The translations under genes and the position numbers were made by a program. The notes under the pieces were generated by a model. The model ran no database searches, had not been told where the DNA came from, and saw only the letters and a program-made list of their open reading frames with translations. A stretch of 64,000 nucleotides of DNA, taken from NCBI GenBank assembly GCA_951406725.2, contig OX597833.1, forward strand, positions 57,474,001 to 57,538,000, given 5' to 3'. How positions within the stretch are numbered: the first letter of the stretch is position 1; each line of letters begins with the position of its first letter. This DNA comes from Octopus vulgaris (taxonomy: Eukaryota). This document shows positions 1-12,124 of the stretch, in pieces.

Positions 1-38
1 GACTCAAATAGATCTATGGCATGCATTTGTATAATATA

Positions 39-126
39 CAGTTGTCCCTTATCCCTCGTTTTATACGATTTCGACTTACACGGCGACTAGCCGTTACCTA
101 GCCACCGTGTAACTGGGGAATAACTG
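39..126. mobile_element. Short pogo/Tigger-like MITE remnant
   Basis: TA|CAGTTGTCCC ... GGAATAACTG|TA imperfect terminal inverted repeats with TA flanks, typical of Tc1/mariner/pogo ends. Confidence 0.5.
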
Positions 127-367
127 TATTCGGTTTTTAAACAGAGCGAGACTAATGTTTGTATTTATACACAAACGGCAGTTTCTCTTCTTAAGGTTTG
201 TAATTAAAGATTTCTCCGTCGCTGGGTCTGTTGTTCGTTTGTCACATACTGGTGATTATAATGATTAATATCGTTTTACACAACAACCAGCTGGGAGAAG
301 TAGGGAAGCGTTTATACGCTGTGAAAACAGCAGCCAAATCCCTCTTAAATCGTATCCTACAGTTTTT

Positions 368-692
368 GAAGAAGAAGAAGGAGGAGGAGGAGGAGGAGGA
401 AGAAGAGGAAGTAGAAGAAATAGAAGAAGAAGAAGTAGAAGAAGACGAAGAAGACGAAGAAGAAGAAGACGAAGAAGAAGAAGACGAAGAAGAAGAAGAC
501 GAAGAAGAAGACGAAGAAGAAGAAGACGAAGAAGAAGACGAAGACGAAGAAGAAGAAGAAGACGAAGACGAAGAAGAAGAAGAAGACGAAGACGAAGAAG
601 AAGACGAAGACGAAGAAGACGAAGAAGACGAAGAAGAAGAAGACGAAGAAGACGAAGACGAAGAAGACGAAGACGAAGAAGAAGAAGAAGAG
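368..692 (+). repeat. (GAA/GAC/GAG)n trinucleotide microsatellite
   Basis: Pure GAA/GAC runs; explains the poly-E/D, poly-S and poly-LR ORFs. Confidence 0.95.
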
Positions 693-911
693 ATAGAAGT
701 AATGGATACATTGGCCAATGCAGTCCTAGATGTTCAAAAATAGGAAGGTCATGGTTGAAACACTCTTGCCCAAGATTTCTGTTTCATAAGTGCCGATCTG
801 CGGGGTTAGGCAAAATGAAAAAAAAAAAAAAAAAAAAAAGAACCCTAGCATTATCCATGTAAGCAAGACTGGATAGTCACGGTTGGAACCTCTGTTTGCT
901 AAGTATGTAAA

Positions 912-1295
912 TCTCTCTCTATATAAAGCTGAAGTTATCTGTGTATGGCAGATAGCCTTCAACTAACATTATCTCCTCCGAGACCCTGCGGCGTAACTTG
1001 ACCAAAATTGATAGTATGATAGAAGAAGGCTTGCTCTTCCTTCTGTAGAAGAAAAAATTCAAATCGGACCATGTAAACACCAAAAATTATTTACATCAAA
1101 AAGGTGCTTTTTTTTTTTTTTCTATGAAAATCCCTATTTATTACGATTTTTTGACTGCTGTGTCGCCATTTTTCGGTGTAGTTCAACAAGAAAAATGTTC
1201 ACTTAAAGAGAATAACAAGCTACATAATGAAAAGCTTTTACTTTTCAAAAATTCCAATTCTAAAGGGTCGAAACAAACCCGAGCGATACTGCTAG
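912..1295 (+). mobile_element. Non-autonomous Helitron-like element
   Basis: 5' TC...TCTATATAAAG start and 3' CTAG end preceded by a remnant of a GC-rich hairpin (ACCCGAGCGATACTGCTAG); no TSD. Confidence 0.5.
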
Positions 1296-1692
1296 CACAT
1301 GATAAAAATAGACTGTAAAAAAAAGATTAATGGTACTGCATGTGATGAGGGACGCATACAGCCAACCTCATTGTTAAATAATCATCTCATTCACATTCGT
1401 TTTATGTATTGTCCCCTCTGTGGTGTCCTGTCTGTCCTCGTTCGTCCCCCTCTATTTTGGGCCCTTGTGGCTAATAAAGAAAAGAAAACGAAAAACAAAA
1501 CATATACCTAAACTTAAAAAATGAAGCAACGGTCCAAAGGAGCGAATAAGATAAATTTAAAGAGAAGAAGAAAAAAACTAGGATCTTCCATATCGTAAGT
1601 CATGGGGTAACAATTCGTTAAAAAAAACAAAAAGATTAAGAAAACAAGAATAAACTACCCCCTTTCACCTCTCAAAGGTCTGGTGACCTTAC

Positions 1693-1850
1693 AATAAATC
1701 GTAGCAAGTTAAACCAAGAGGAACAAGCTTGGTTAACCTCTGCAATATCATCTATCTTCTTCTCCTCCTCTTCAATGGTGGCGATGATGGCGTTGAAGGT
1801 AATCTCGTCTGTACATAGACTTGCCGCTTCTTCCCAGTTCACTTTTTGAT
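1693..1850 (-). CDS. Candidate internal exon with C-type-lectin-like motif
   Basis: Minus strand tgtag|AT CAA... to ...ATT|gtaagg, open in phase 1 to phase 0: (D)QKVNWEEAASLCTDEITFNAIIATIEEEEKKIDDIAEVNQACSSWFNLLRFI, resembling the CTLD pattern W..A...C.....LATI...E......W..L. The acceptor lacks a polypyrimidine tract. Confidence 0.3.
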
Positions 1851-2084
1851 CTACAGCGTGTCGTTTTCATGATGACAAGTCAGTATATCATGCCATTTAT
1901 TCAATTAGCTTGGCACTGTGGCTTTCTTAATCTGACACACGTTCAATGTATATATGCCGGTGTTAGTGAATACATACAAAATCTATTTATCTACAGAAAC
2001 ACGGGCGCATGCGCACCAATCTACCTATTTGTCCATGATTCTCCTTAACTAATGTAATAGTAATAACCAGACGCAAAAATAAAG

Positions 2085-2497
2085 GGATCTTTTCGGTTTG
2101 AACGGCAGTTTTTCCAGCGGTGTCATATGAAATTGTCACTCATAATTATGACCCTAGAATCGATCTATTGCATTTCAATCTGTTTTAGGGTTAGTTAGGG
2201 GTAGGGGAAGGGTATCTTTTTATCTTCACAAATGTAAATAAACCCAATCTGTTTCTTAAACGAGGGACATATTCATACGGCACAGAATGTTTTTTTTTAC
2301 CTCAATACACGTCACTGATTGGTTGAAATTGCAGAAATTGAAGAAAAAAACAACAAATATCTTACAAACTAGAGAATTTTCTCAATAAAGCCAAGAGAAA
2401 ATGATGTTTTATAAACACATTCTACCAGTATACGAAGTTTAAAAGTGTTTAATTGCGTGGAAATCTTTTTAAAAAATGCCGTTCAAACCGAAAAGGA

Positions 2498-2499
<2 letters not shown>
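2085..2499. mobile_element. MITE with GGATC termini (Merlin-like), same family as 48582-49000
   Basis: TIRs GGATCTTTTCGGTTTGAACGGCA / TGCCGTTCAAACCGAAAAGGACC; highly similar second copy at 48582; internal TTAGGG motifs. Confidence 0.8.
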
Positions 2500-2543
<44 letters not shown>

Positions 2544-2907
2544 TGTGTATATATATACATACACACACACACACACACAGTGTGGTGAGTGTGTGTGGTT
2601 TGTTTAGCTCAAGGTCAGGAATTAATAAACAGGCCTCTGGTCACAGGTGTTCAAACTGTGATCGTCCTGTCTTTCAGTGCGTGTGTATGTGTGTCTACAC
2701 CACGTAATGTTTCCTTCCTTATTTGAGACCGTAAAGAGTGCGATTAGAAAAAAACACTTGGCTGCTGTTTCTAGTTGATCGACCGACCGACCACTTAATA
2801 GATTCCCGCGTTGTCCCGTTACGCATGTTTACCAATGTCATCCACCGAGTCACTATCACCAATTAATATTAACACAATATTCGATCTGAGTTCATATTAA
2901 CAATGAA

Positions 2908-2956
<49 letters not shown>

Positions 2957-3496
2957 CAAAAAGCAAAAAATAGCGCCAGTGGAGGTCTATATTTAAATCC
3001 GATCTTTACCAGGTGTTTTCATTTAAAGACTGCCCACGTAGCTAGTAGCTACGCCAGATAGCTGTATCACAAGATAATTGAGTATCGATCCAACAGATGT
3101 CCCCACAGCTGCTGATCAAGTTTAACAGCCAAGGCAGATAGATAATGCTAGTTGAAAGCCCGCCCGGCCGTTTGAAAATAGCGCATTCTGGTATCATTGA
3201 CAACCGAACGACAAACAACGCTTCACGTTCTCTGCTACACGGTTCCATACACACACACGTTATATAATTCACAAACTGGGTCGTTCATTAAGCAGTAACC
3301 CGCGATAAAACTTGTTCATATATTGATATATATATATATAAATATATATATGAAAGAGAGAGGAAGAGAGAGCAATAATGTGTGTGTCTGTGTGTGTTCA
3401 GCTGATGGTTGCTAAGTAAATTTCTTGTTGCTAACTTTGCTTCCATAAACATTACAAAATTACTAGACAGGAAGTACTCTCTCTCTCTCTCTCTCT

Positions 3497-3860
3497 ATTT
3501 ACTCTAACTTGTTTCAGTCATTTGACTGTGGCCATGCTGGAGCACCGCCTTTAGTCGAGCAAATCGACCCCCAGGACTTATTCTTTGTAAGCCTAGTACT
3601 TATTCTATCGGTCTGCTTTTGCCGAACCGCTAAGTTACGGGGACGTAAACACACCAGCATCGTTGTGATACACACACACACACATATATATATATAGGAC
3701 GGGCTTCTTTCAGTTTCTGTCTACCAAATCCACTCACAAGGCTTTGGTCAGCCCGTGGCTATAGTAGAAGGCACTTGCCCAAGGAGCCATGCAGTGGAAC
3801 TGAACCCGGAACCACGTACGTAAGCAAGCTACTTACCACACAGCCAGTCCTAAGCCTACT
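3497..3860 (-). mobile_element. tRNA-derived CORE-type SINE (octopus OR-like) with internal (TA)n/(TG)n
   Basis: Reverse complement of the family seen at 63421: A-box TGGCTGTGTGG, B-box-like GGTTCAGT, CORE-like CCTTGGGCAAGTG, tail ...GACTGAAACAAG. Confidence 0.9.
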
Positions 3861-4344
3861 ATGTAATAATAATAAATGATGGTTCCAAATTTTGCCACAA
3901 GGCTAGTAAGTACCAGGGAGGGAATAAGTCGATTATATTGACCCCAGTGCACAACTGGTTTACTTATTTTATCGACCCCTGAAAGGATGAAAAAAAAAAT
4001 TAAAAAGGTCGCCCCCGGCGGAATTTGAACCCAGAAAGTAAAGGCGGACGAAATGCTGCAAAACATTTTGTCCACTGCGGTAACGATTTTACCAGCTTAT
4101 GTCACTTATGAGACTTTAATCCAACCAATAATCTACAGAAAATTCCACAGAGTGGACATAAGAGAGGGTTGTTAATACAAAGAAGCTGGTATGTTAGTCT
4201 GAGACTTTGTCTTTGCTCTCAGTTCTTTAAGATGATCCAGACGGCTTAGTTAATAATAGCTCTATATGGCATTATAACAAGCCAATGCCTGCGATTCAGT
4301 GTAGTTTGACACACACACACACACACATACACACACAATCTTTT

Positions 4345-4531
4345 ATTCATTTACTTGTTTCAGTCATTTGACTACTGCCATGCTGGAGCAACGCCTTTAG
4401 TCGAACAAGACTAGTACTTATTCTGTCGGTCACTTATGCCGAGTCGGTAAGTTACGGGGACGTGAACACACCAACATCGATTGCCAAGCGATGATGGGGG
4501 GGGGTACAAACACAGACATAAAAATAGACAT

Positions 4532-4581
<50 letters not shown>

Positions 4582-4794
4582 GACGAGCTTCTGTCAGTTT
4601 CTGTCTACCAAAGTCATTCACAAGGCTATGGTCGGCCCGAGGCTATAGTAGAAGACACCTGCCAAGATGCCACGCAGTAGGACTGAACCCAGAACCATGT
4701 GGTTGGGAAGCAAGCCACTTACCACAAAGCCACGAAAAATTTTATCACCTGCGATGATGGGGGGGGGTACAAACACAGACATAAAAATAGACAT

Positions 4795-4836
<42 letters not shown>

Positions 4837-4998
4837 GACGAGCTTCTTTCAGTTTCTGTCTACCAAATTCATTCACAAGGCTTTGGTCGGCCCGAGGCTA
4901 TAGTAGAAGACACCTGCCAAGATGCCACGCAGTAGGACTGAACCCAGAACCATGTGGTTGGGAAGCAAGCCACTTACCACAAAGCCACGAAAAATTTT
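4345..4998 (-). mobile_element. CORE-type SINE with a local tandem duplication (~260 bp) of its head half
   Basis: About 4489-4746 is repeated at about 4751-5001, including the non-SINE flank AAAAATTTTATC. Confidence 0.85.
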
Positions 4999-5113
4999 AT
5001 CCTTTTCATTTCTGAACACTTTGCCTTTTCCCTTCGAAATATGGAACTTTGAAGCAATTCCGACATTACTCCAACTTCAACACATCTCATTCATTTTGTT
5101 CCCTAATAAAAGC

Positions 5114-5418
5114 GGATCTTTTCCTTTTGAACGGCACATGTCAACACAATTTGTAGTTAACTAAACACTTTAAAACTTCGCATACTGGTAGAATGTCTCA
5201 GTTTTAGACGCAGCAAATGATTTTAGCTCAATTAGAGGCGATTCATTGGTTAAAATTCGAAAAATTAAACTACTTTAAACAAACGAATTACAATTTTATC
5301 AAGAAAGCCAAGAGAAAAACATGTTTTATTTTGCCACATTCTACCAGTATACGAAGTTTTTAAGTGTTTAGCTAACTAGAAATTGTGTTGACATGTGCCG
5401 TTCAAAAGGAAAAGATCC
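5114..5418. mobile_element. MITE with ~80-bp TIRs and GGATC...GATCC termini (Merlin-like)
   Basis: Long TIRs starting GGATCTTTTCCTTTTGAACGGCACATGTCAACAC; flanks ATAAAAGC / GTAAAAGC match 7/8, consistent with an 8-bp TSD. Confidence 0.85.
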
Positions 5419-5521
5419 GTAAAAGCTGTTACATCAGTGTTTTTCGCAAAATATAAAGGATTGAGGTAATTCCTCCGGAAGATATAGTCAAAATTAAAAG
5501 AAGAGCGTCATTGTTATCGAG

Positions 5522-5562
5522 TGAACGATATTTCGACATCTTGTGTGTCTTCAACAGGTTCA
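5522..5562 (-). ncRNA. Minimal type I hammerhead ribozyme motif, A6U core variant
   Basis: UGAAC-CUGUUGA-A-GACA(cacaaga)UGUC-GAAA-UAU-C-GUUCA: 5-bp helix I, 4-bp helix II, palindromic AUAU helix III, AUC site. Confidence 0.7.
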
Positions 5563-5643
5563 AAAAATAATTTTGTCTATCTACTTCATTTTGGTTAATA
5601 TATAAAGGATTGAGGTAACTCCTCCAGAAGATATAGAGTCAAA

Positions 5644-5679
<36 letters not shown>

Positions 5680-5689
5680 CTGCAACGTC

Positions 5690-5858
5690 ATGTGCTATTT
5701 ATCTTGATATGAGATCGCCATGTCACGCACACATGGTTGCGACGCATGTGCCTGGTGTAACCTTATCAGACGGGTGTAGTCACGATGGGTATACTGGGCT
5801 TCGTAGATTTTACCCCGGTGTCATTTTGATGACATGCACTGCTCTATAACACAACAAC

Positions 5859-5891
<33 letters not shown>

Positions 5892-5895
5892 TGAT
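5690..5895 (+). mobile_element. 3' end of a non-LTR retroelement with (TAA)n tail
   Basis: Same sequence at 17648-17745; both copies are embedded in (TAA)n on both sides. Confidence 0.65.
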
Positions 5896-6147
5896 GATGA
5901 GGTGGCAAAAGGAAGGTGCAAAAGAACAGACAAAAAAAGATAAAGAAATAACAAAAAGACACAAAGGGTGCGAACATGCTCAATCCCTCATCAGTTATCG
6001 ACCAGATATCGACACAATTTCTAAACCTTCTAATTATACATATATAAATTAATGGGCGACAAAAGAACAGAAGTTACATAATCATCACCAATTAACTGAC
6101 AGGTGTTTCTGTTATAGGAAACACTGCACCAGAAGCTGAATACATAC

Positions 6148-6186
<39 letters not shown>

Positions 6187-6192
<6 letters not shown>

Positions 6193-6745
6193 TTTCAGTC
6201 ATTTGACTGAGGCCATGCTGGAGCACCGCCTTTAGTCGAACAAATCAACCCTCAGGACTTATTTTTTTGTAAGCCTAGCGCTTATTCTATCAGTTCCTTT
6301 TGCCGAACCGCTAAGTTACGGGGACGTAAACACACCAACATCGGTTGTCAAGCGATGGTGGTGGGGGAGACAAACACAGACATACATACACTCTACTTCC
6401 GGTCTTTCAATATGTGACCTCGTGAGTACCGCTGCCGATTTTTTCCCCTCTGTCTTCCCTTCTCTGGATCTTTCCTTCTCCTATGTTTCCGACGAAGAGC
6501 TCCGCTCGAAACGTTAAACCCTCCTTCTCTCCTTCCTTCCTGAGCGTCCAATAATACTATATTTGTTCCACGTCCTCGCGTTGCTGTGTTTTTTTGTGTT
6601 TTCTTGTTTGGATTAACTTTATATATACACGGCGGGCTTCTTTCAGTTTCCGTCTACCAAATCTACTCACAAGGCTTTGGTCAGCCTGAGGCTATAGTAG
6701 AAGACACTTGCCCAATGTACCATGCAGTGGGACTGAACCCAGAAT
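6187..6745 (-). mobile_element. CORE-type SINE interrupted at its internal microsatellite by an HHR-bearing element (~6412-6622)
   Basis: SINE tail half at 6187-6385 and head half at 6628-6745 flank a repeat also found at 44645-44848 and 57296-57497. Confidence 0.85.
6485..6519 (+). ncRNA. Minimal type I hammerhead motif, family A (U4C, U17)
   Basis: GUUU-CCGACGA-A-GAGC(ucc)GCUC-GAAA-CGU-U-AAAC; palindromic ACGU helix III. Confidence 0.65.
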
Positions 6746-6770
6746 CACTCAAACACACACACGCATATAT

Positions 6771-6817
<47 letters not shown>

Positions 6818-6957
6818 TATATATACACACACACACATATATATACACACACACACATATACACAATATATATACACACATATATATACACACACACAGA
6901 CATATATACACACACATATATATATACACACACACACATACATACACACACGCGCGC

Positions 6958-7004
<47 letters not shown>

Positions 7005-8002
7005 AGTTTAACTTTGATAGATTTTTACTTGGACCCTTATAAGCTTGGCAAGCACACATTATCGTTCGCACTATGGAAAATATTTTACTTGCGCGACATC
7101 TGTGGAGTGCTCTTCTCTTTTGTTTGTATACAAATATATATATATATATGCGCGCACGCGTGTATGTTTGTATGTGTGTGCGTGTTGATGTGTTCCTCTA
7201 ATGTAAATTTTCACTATTTTTCACTTAAAAAAGAAAACTACGTTCGAATTCAGTTATTGTTTACGTATCATCAAAGCTCACTATTTTAACTTTGAGGAAG
7301 ACGTGAGTGTATGTGTGTCTGTGTGTGGTGACGATGAGAAGCTGTTAAAAAAAAACCTTTCAATTTAAATATCTTTTCAGTGTAGTATATTTACCACACA
7401 ATAAACACTAATTTTCACACAAAGGACTTCCCCGTAAGCCATGCATCTAGGCGTCAATGAGAAAGAAAAATGCGCAACTTAAACAGAACAGAACAGAACA
7501 GAACCGAATAGATTGAAGAAGGAAAGAAAAGCCGATACGCGCCTGTGAACGTGCAAGCCTGCGCGCGTATGCGAGCGTGTGTTTACAATATTACAGCGAT
7601 TTTTAGAGAAATTTAAAGCAGGAACTGTCCTCCGATGAACGTGAAGCAAAGTTGATTTTAAAAACAATTAAAATAAGGGAATACGGGGGGAAAAAAGCTA
7701 ATGTCGTTTATCATTTTTAATGGAGTTATTTTTTTTTTCTTCTGCTGCTGCATATTTATTATTTTTTTTAAAGAAAGGAAATGAAGCATTTCAATTTAAT
7801 TTAATTACCTATGGCTTCTTTTACAGTGTATCTTTATTTTTTGTTGTTTTTTTAAATTTAACATAAGAGGCCCCTTGCTGCGTTGTTATAACGTGTAACT
7901 GAGAAAGACTTAGTGATTATAATAAAAATTTCGAGTCGAGTCTGGCACATAAAATGGCCAATTACAAGTAGAGAGAGAAAGAGAGAGAACAAGTAATATA
8001 GC

Positions 8003-8786
<784 letters not shown>

Positions 8787-9264
8787 AGCAGCACTTCCTG
8801 TTTTTGTTATCAATTTTGACCTTCCGCAAAATCCCAAATTACATTTAATTTGCTTTGCGGGAGCAACTGTTTTATCGAAGGCGTATATTGTTGTTAAATG
8901 CTCGAAATACGAGAGTAGAAAAACAGCCAACAACTGATGAAGGGTTCGTTCTTTATGTTGTTTGTCTTGTTTTCCATTTGTGTCTGTCGCTGTTCGAAAA
9001 AATAGTTCATATTCCATGTACTCGTACTTCGTGTTTTTTTTGTTGTACACGTTTCCTGATGACGTCCTGTGCCCACATATGCATATATATATATATTCGT
9101 ATAGATGTATGTACATATACGTATGTATGTATATATATACATATATATATATATTCGTATAGATGTATGTACATATACGTATGTATGTATATATATACAC
9201 ATATATATATATATATCGTATATATGTATGTACATATACGTATGTATGTATGTTTGTATACATA

Positions 9265-9395
9265 CAGGGTGTCCCCAAAAAATGTATACACACCTTAAAT
9301 AATTGTAAATTTGTTATTCTTTGTAAGCCTAGTACTTATTCTATCGTTCTCTTTTGCCGAACCACTATGTGTATACATTTTTTGGGGACACCCTG
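9265..9395. mobile_element. Tiny Tc1/mariner-type MITE containing a SINE fragment
   Basis: TA|CAGGGTGTCCCCAAAAAATGTATACACA ... TGTGTATACATTTTTTGGGGACACCCTG|TA perfect 28-bp TIRs. Confidence 0.85.
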
Positions 9396-9777
9396 TATAT
9401 ATATAGACACACACATGTATGTATGGGTACAGGATGTCACCAACGGTGCAAATAACATGAAATACGTAAACAACGAAAATGGAAAACAGGACAAGTAAAC
9501 AGAGAAAGGACCCTTCATCAGTTGTCGGCTGTCTATCTACTCCTTATTTCGAATACACATATATACACACACACACATCATATGTGAATTATACACATAC
9601 ATATATGCGTATATCCGAGATATATGTAAAAGGCGATGCTCCAGCATGGCACGGGTTAAATGACTGAAACAAGAAAAGAGAAGTAAAAGAATATGTATAC
9701 ACTCGATACATACGCAATATATACGCAAATTACACACACACACGCAAATGTATGTCTGTTAATGCCAGAAATGTGTA

Positions 9778-9831
<54 letters not shown>

Positions 9832-10205
9832 CACATGAGAGTGTATAAATATATAATGTACTATGAAAACATGATACACACATACACATTTATATTCTTT
9901 TAATTGTTTCAATCATTTGATTGCGGCCATGCTGGAGTACCGCTTTTCAGTCGAACAAATCAACCCCTGGGCTTATTCTTTGTAAGCCTAGTGCTTATTC
10001 TATCTGTCTCTTTTTGCCGAACCGCTAAATTACGTGGACGTAAACACACCAGCATTGGTTGTCAAGCGACGGTGGGGGTGTATATATACACACACACGCG
10101 CGCATGGTTTGATTTACTGTCAGCTAACTTTTGCCCAACCCTGTGTGTGTGTGTGTGTGTGTGTTTGTTGTTTACATTAACATATAGGATTGAAGAAGTA
10201 CGCTG

Positions 10206-10246
<41 letters not shown>

Positions 10247-10865
10247 GTATACTGTATCATAACATACAACCCGGACATTTATTCAGATAACCAACACGAT
10301 ACTCGTATCAGATCGGACACGATTTTCAGTGGTCAAGTTACTTCAATGCGTATATACGTATGCTTACGTAAAAAGATTGTATTTCAATTATGTGACCAAC
10401 AACCATATTTCGTGTACAACACAGACACACACCATAAATACACACTGATACATTTTTGCACACACACAAACATATTTAGAGAAATTTTCTTTTAATATAT
10501 ACACAGACACACACATAAACACACATGTAACCTGAAGTTGACGGGGTCATAAGTAATGGAAGCCATACGGTGTGTTTAGAAAAGTTACATGGGGCAAAAG
10601 TATTTCTAAAGCACGCCACTGGCAGACGATTTATTACAAATATAAACATAACTTTATTCCTAACCTATCCCTCTCTTTCATATATATATATCCTACACAC
10701 ACACTCACACATATATAAGAACACTATATGCGTGTGTGTAATAGAATATATAATGATATAACATTTACAAATACGACTTGACACAGAAAATTCTCCTATG
10801 CAGTTCATATAATACATGTATGCTTATTCGTATGTAGCTCTCTCTCTCATATATATATATATATA

Positions 10866-11067
10866 TGAGTTGCGACGTCACTGGTGCCAAGCTGTATCGA
10901 CCTTTGTCTTTCCCTTGGATAACACTGGTGGCGTGGAGAGGGGAGGCTGGTATGCATGGGCGACTGCTGGTCTTCCATAAACAACCTTGCCCGGACTTGT
11001 GTCTAGGAGGGTAACTTTCTAGGTGCAATCCCATGGTCATTCATGACCGAAGGGGGTCTTTACCTTT
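10866..11067 (+). mobile_element. 3' fragment of a SINE/LINE inserted in (TA)n
   Basis: GC-richer block ending ...GGGGGTCTTTACCTTTA with a short-repeat tail, flanked by (TA)n. Confidence 0.5.
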
Positions 11068-11315
11068 ATATATATATATATATATATATAATTTCAACAA
11101 TTGAGGGTAAAATTAATTAATTATTAATCAATTTCACCAAGTGTTCAGTATGCAAAGGGACCATTTAAGGCGAATTCAAATTATTACATTATATAAAAGG
11201 GCTTAGTAAAATACATTACTTTGCCGCATACTGAACTCATTAGAAATAGCAGCTAAAAAACTTTTTAAAACTATTTCTAATACTTAAAGAAAACCTCTCT
11301 CATATAGTGTTTACT

Positions 11316-11364
<49 letters not shown>

Positions 11365-11784
11365 TACAAAGTGAGATAGGGGTTATGAGTGTAACCCACT
11401 ATGGGATATCATTTATCCAATATACTGCCAGTGAAGTACCCAAAAGGCTAATACATAAATGCTTAGAATTGTAATGCAATTAGTTCATTTATTATATTAT
11501 ATGGGCGAAGGTAAAACGACGTAGGAACCCCTGCGTGAACGCCCGGCTGGTTGGAAATAGCAGCCAAAAACTTCTTAGAATCAGCTGTCTTAAATAAGGA
11601 GATAAATGTAGTTCTTCACACTCAAGAACTAAAGACAGGAACGTTAATGGCAAGAATGCTTTTGAGCACGAGTTTGCTTTGCCCTATCAAGGTTAATCCG
11701 AGTTAAACAACAACAAAATTATATGAATTGGTATTATCTGTAAGTTGATGATTGAAAGGAATCTACTCCTCCATTTTCTTATTT

Positions 11785-11849
<65 letters not shown>

Positions 11850-12029
11850 TATCTTGTGTTTAGAAATAGATGTACGACTGCTACTGTTAAGTTTAGATAT
11901 CACGTAGATTATCGTAATCCAGCATGCTTCCAGTATGATGGTTAAGCAGCTGCTATGCTTACACGAATAACTAGTTATGATACACAGAGCGATATAGGAA
12001 AAATTATAAGTTTTTTACCATATTATTAA

Positions 12030-12124
12030 TTTCTGCATGCGTTTCATCGTTGTGGTTGTTCGGAACTCTGCATTTGATATTCTGAGTTCAATTGGATGCT
12101 TAGCCACAACGGATCATCAGGGAA
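12030..12124 (-). ncRNA. Degenerate type I hammerhead motif with long helix II
   Basis: UUCC-CUGAUGA-uc-CGUUGUGG...GAACUC...GAGUUC...CCACAACG-au-GAAA-CGCAUGC-AGAA; helix III and cleavage triplet imperfect. Confidence 0.5.

Noticed and set aside
231-743. 170-aa poly-Glu/Asp ORF
   Set aside because: Starts at TTG and is almost entirely a (GAA/GAC)n microsatellite; no convincing splice signals or domain
8930-9000. CTGATGA motifs at 8934, ~43913 and minus ~5990, ~9520
   Set aside because: No helix II closed by GAAA downstream
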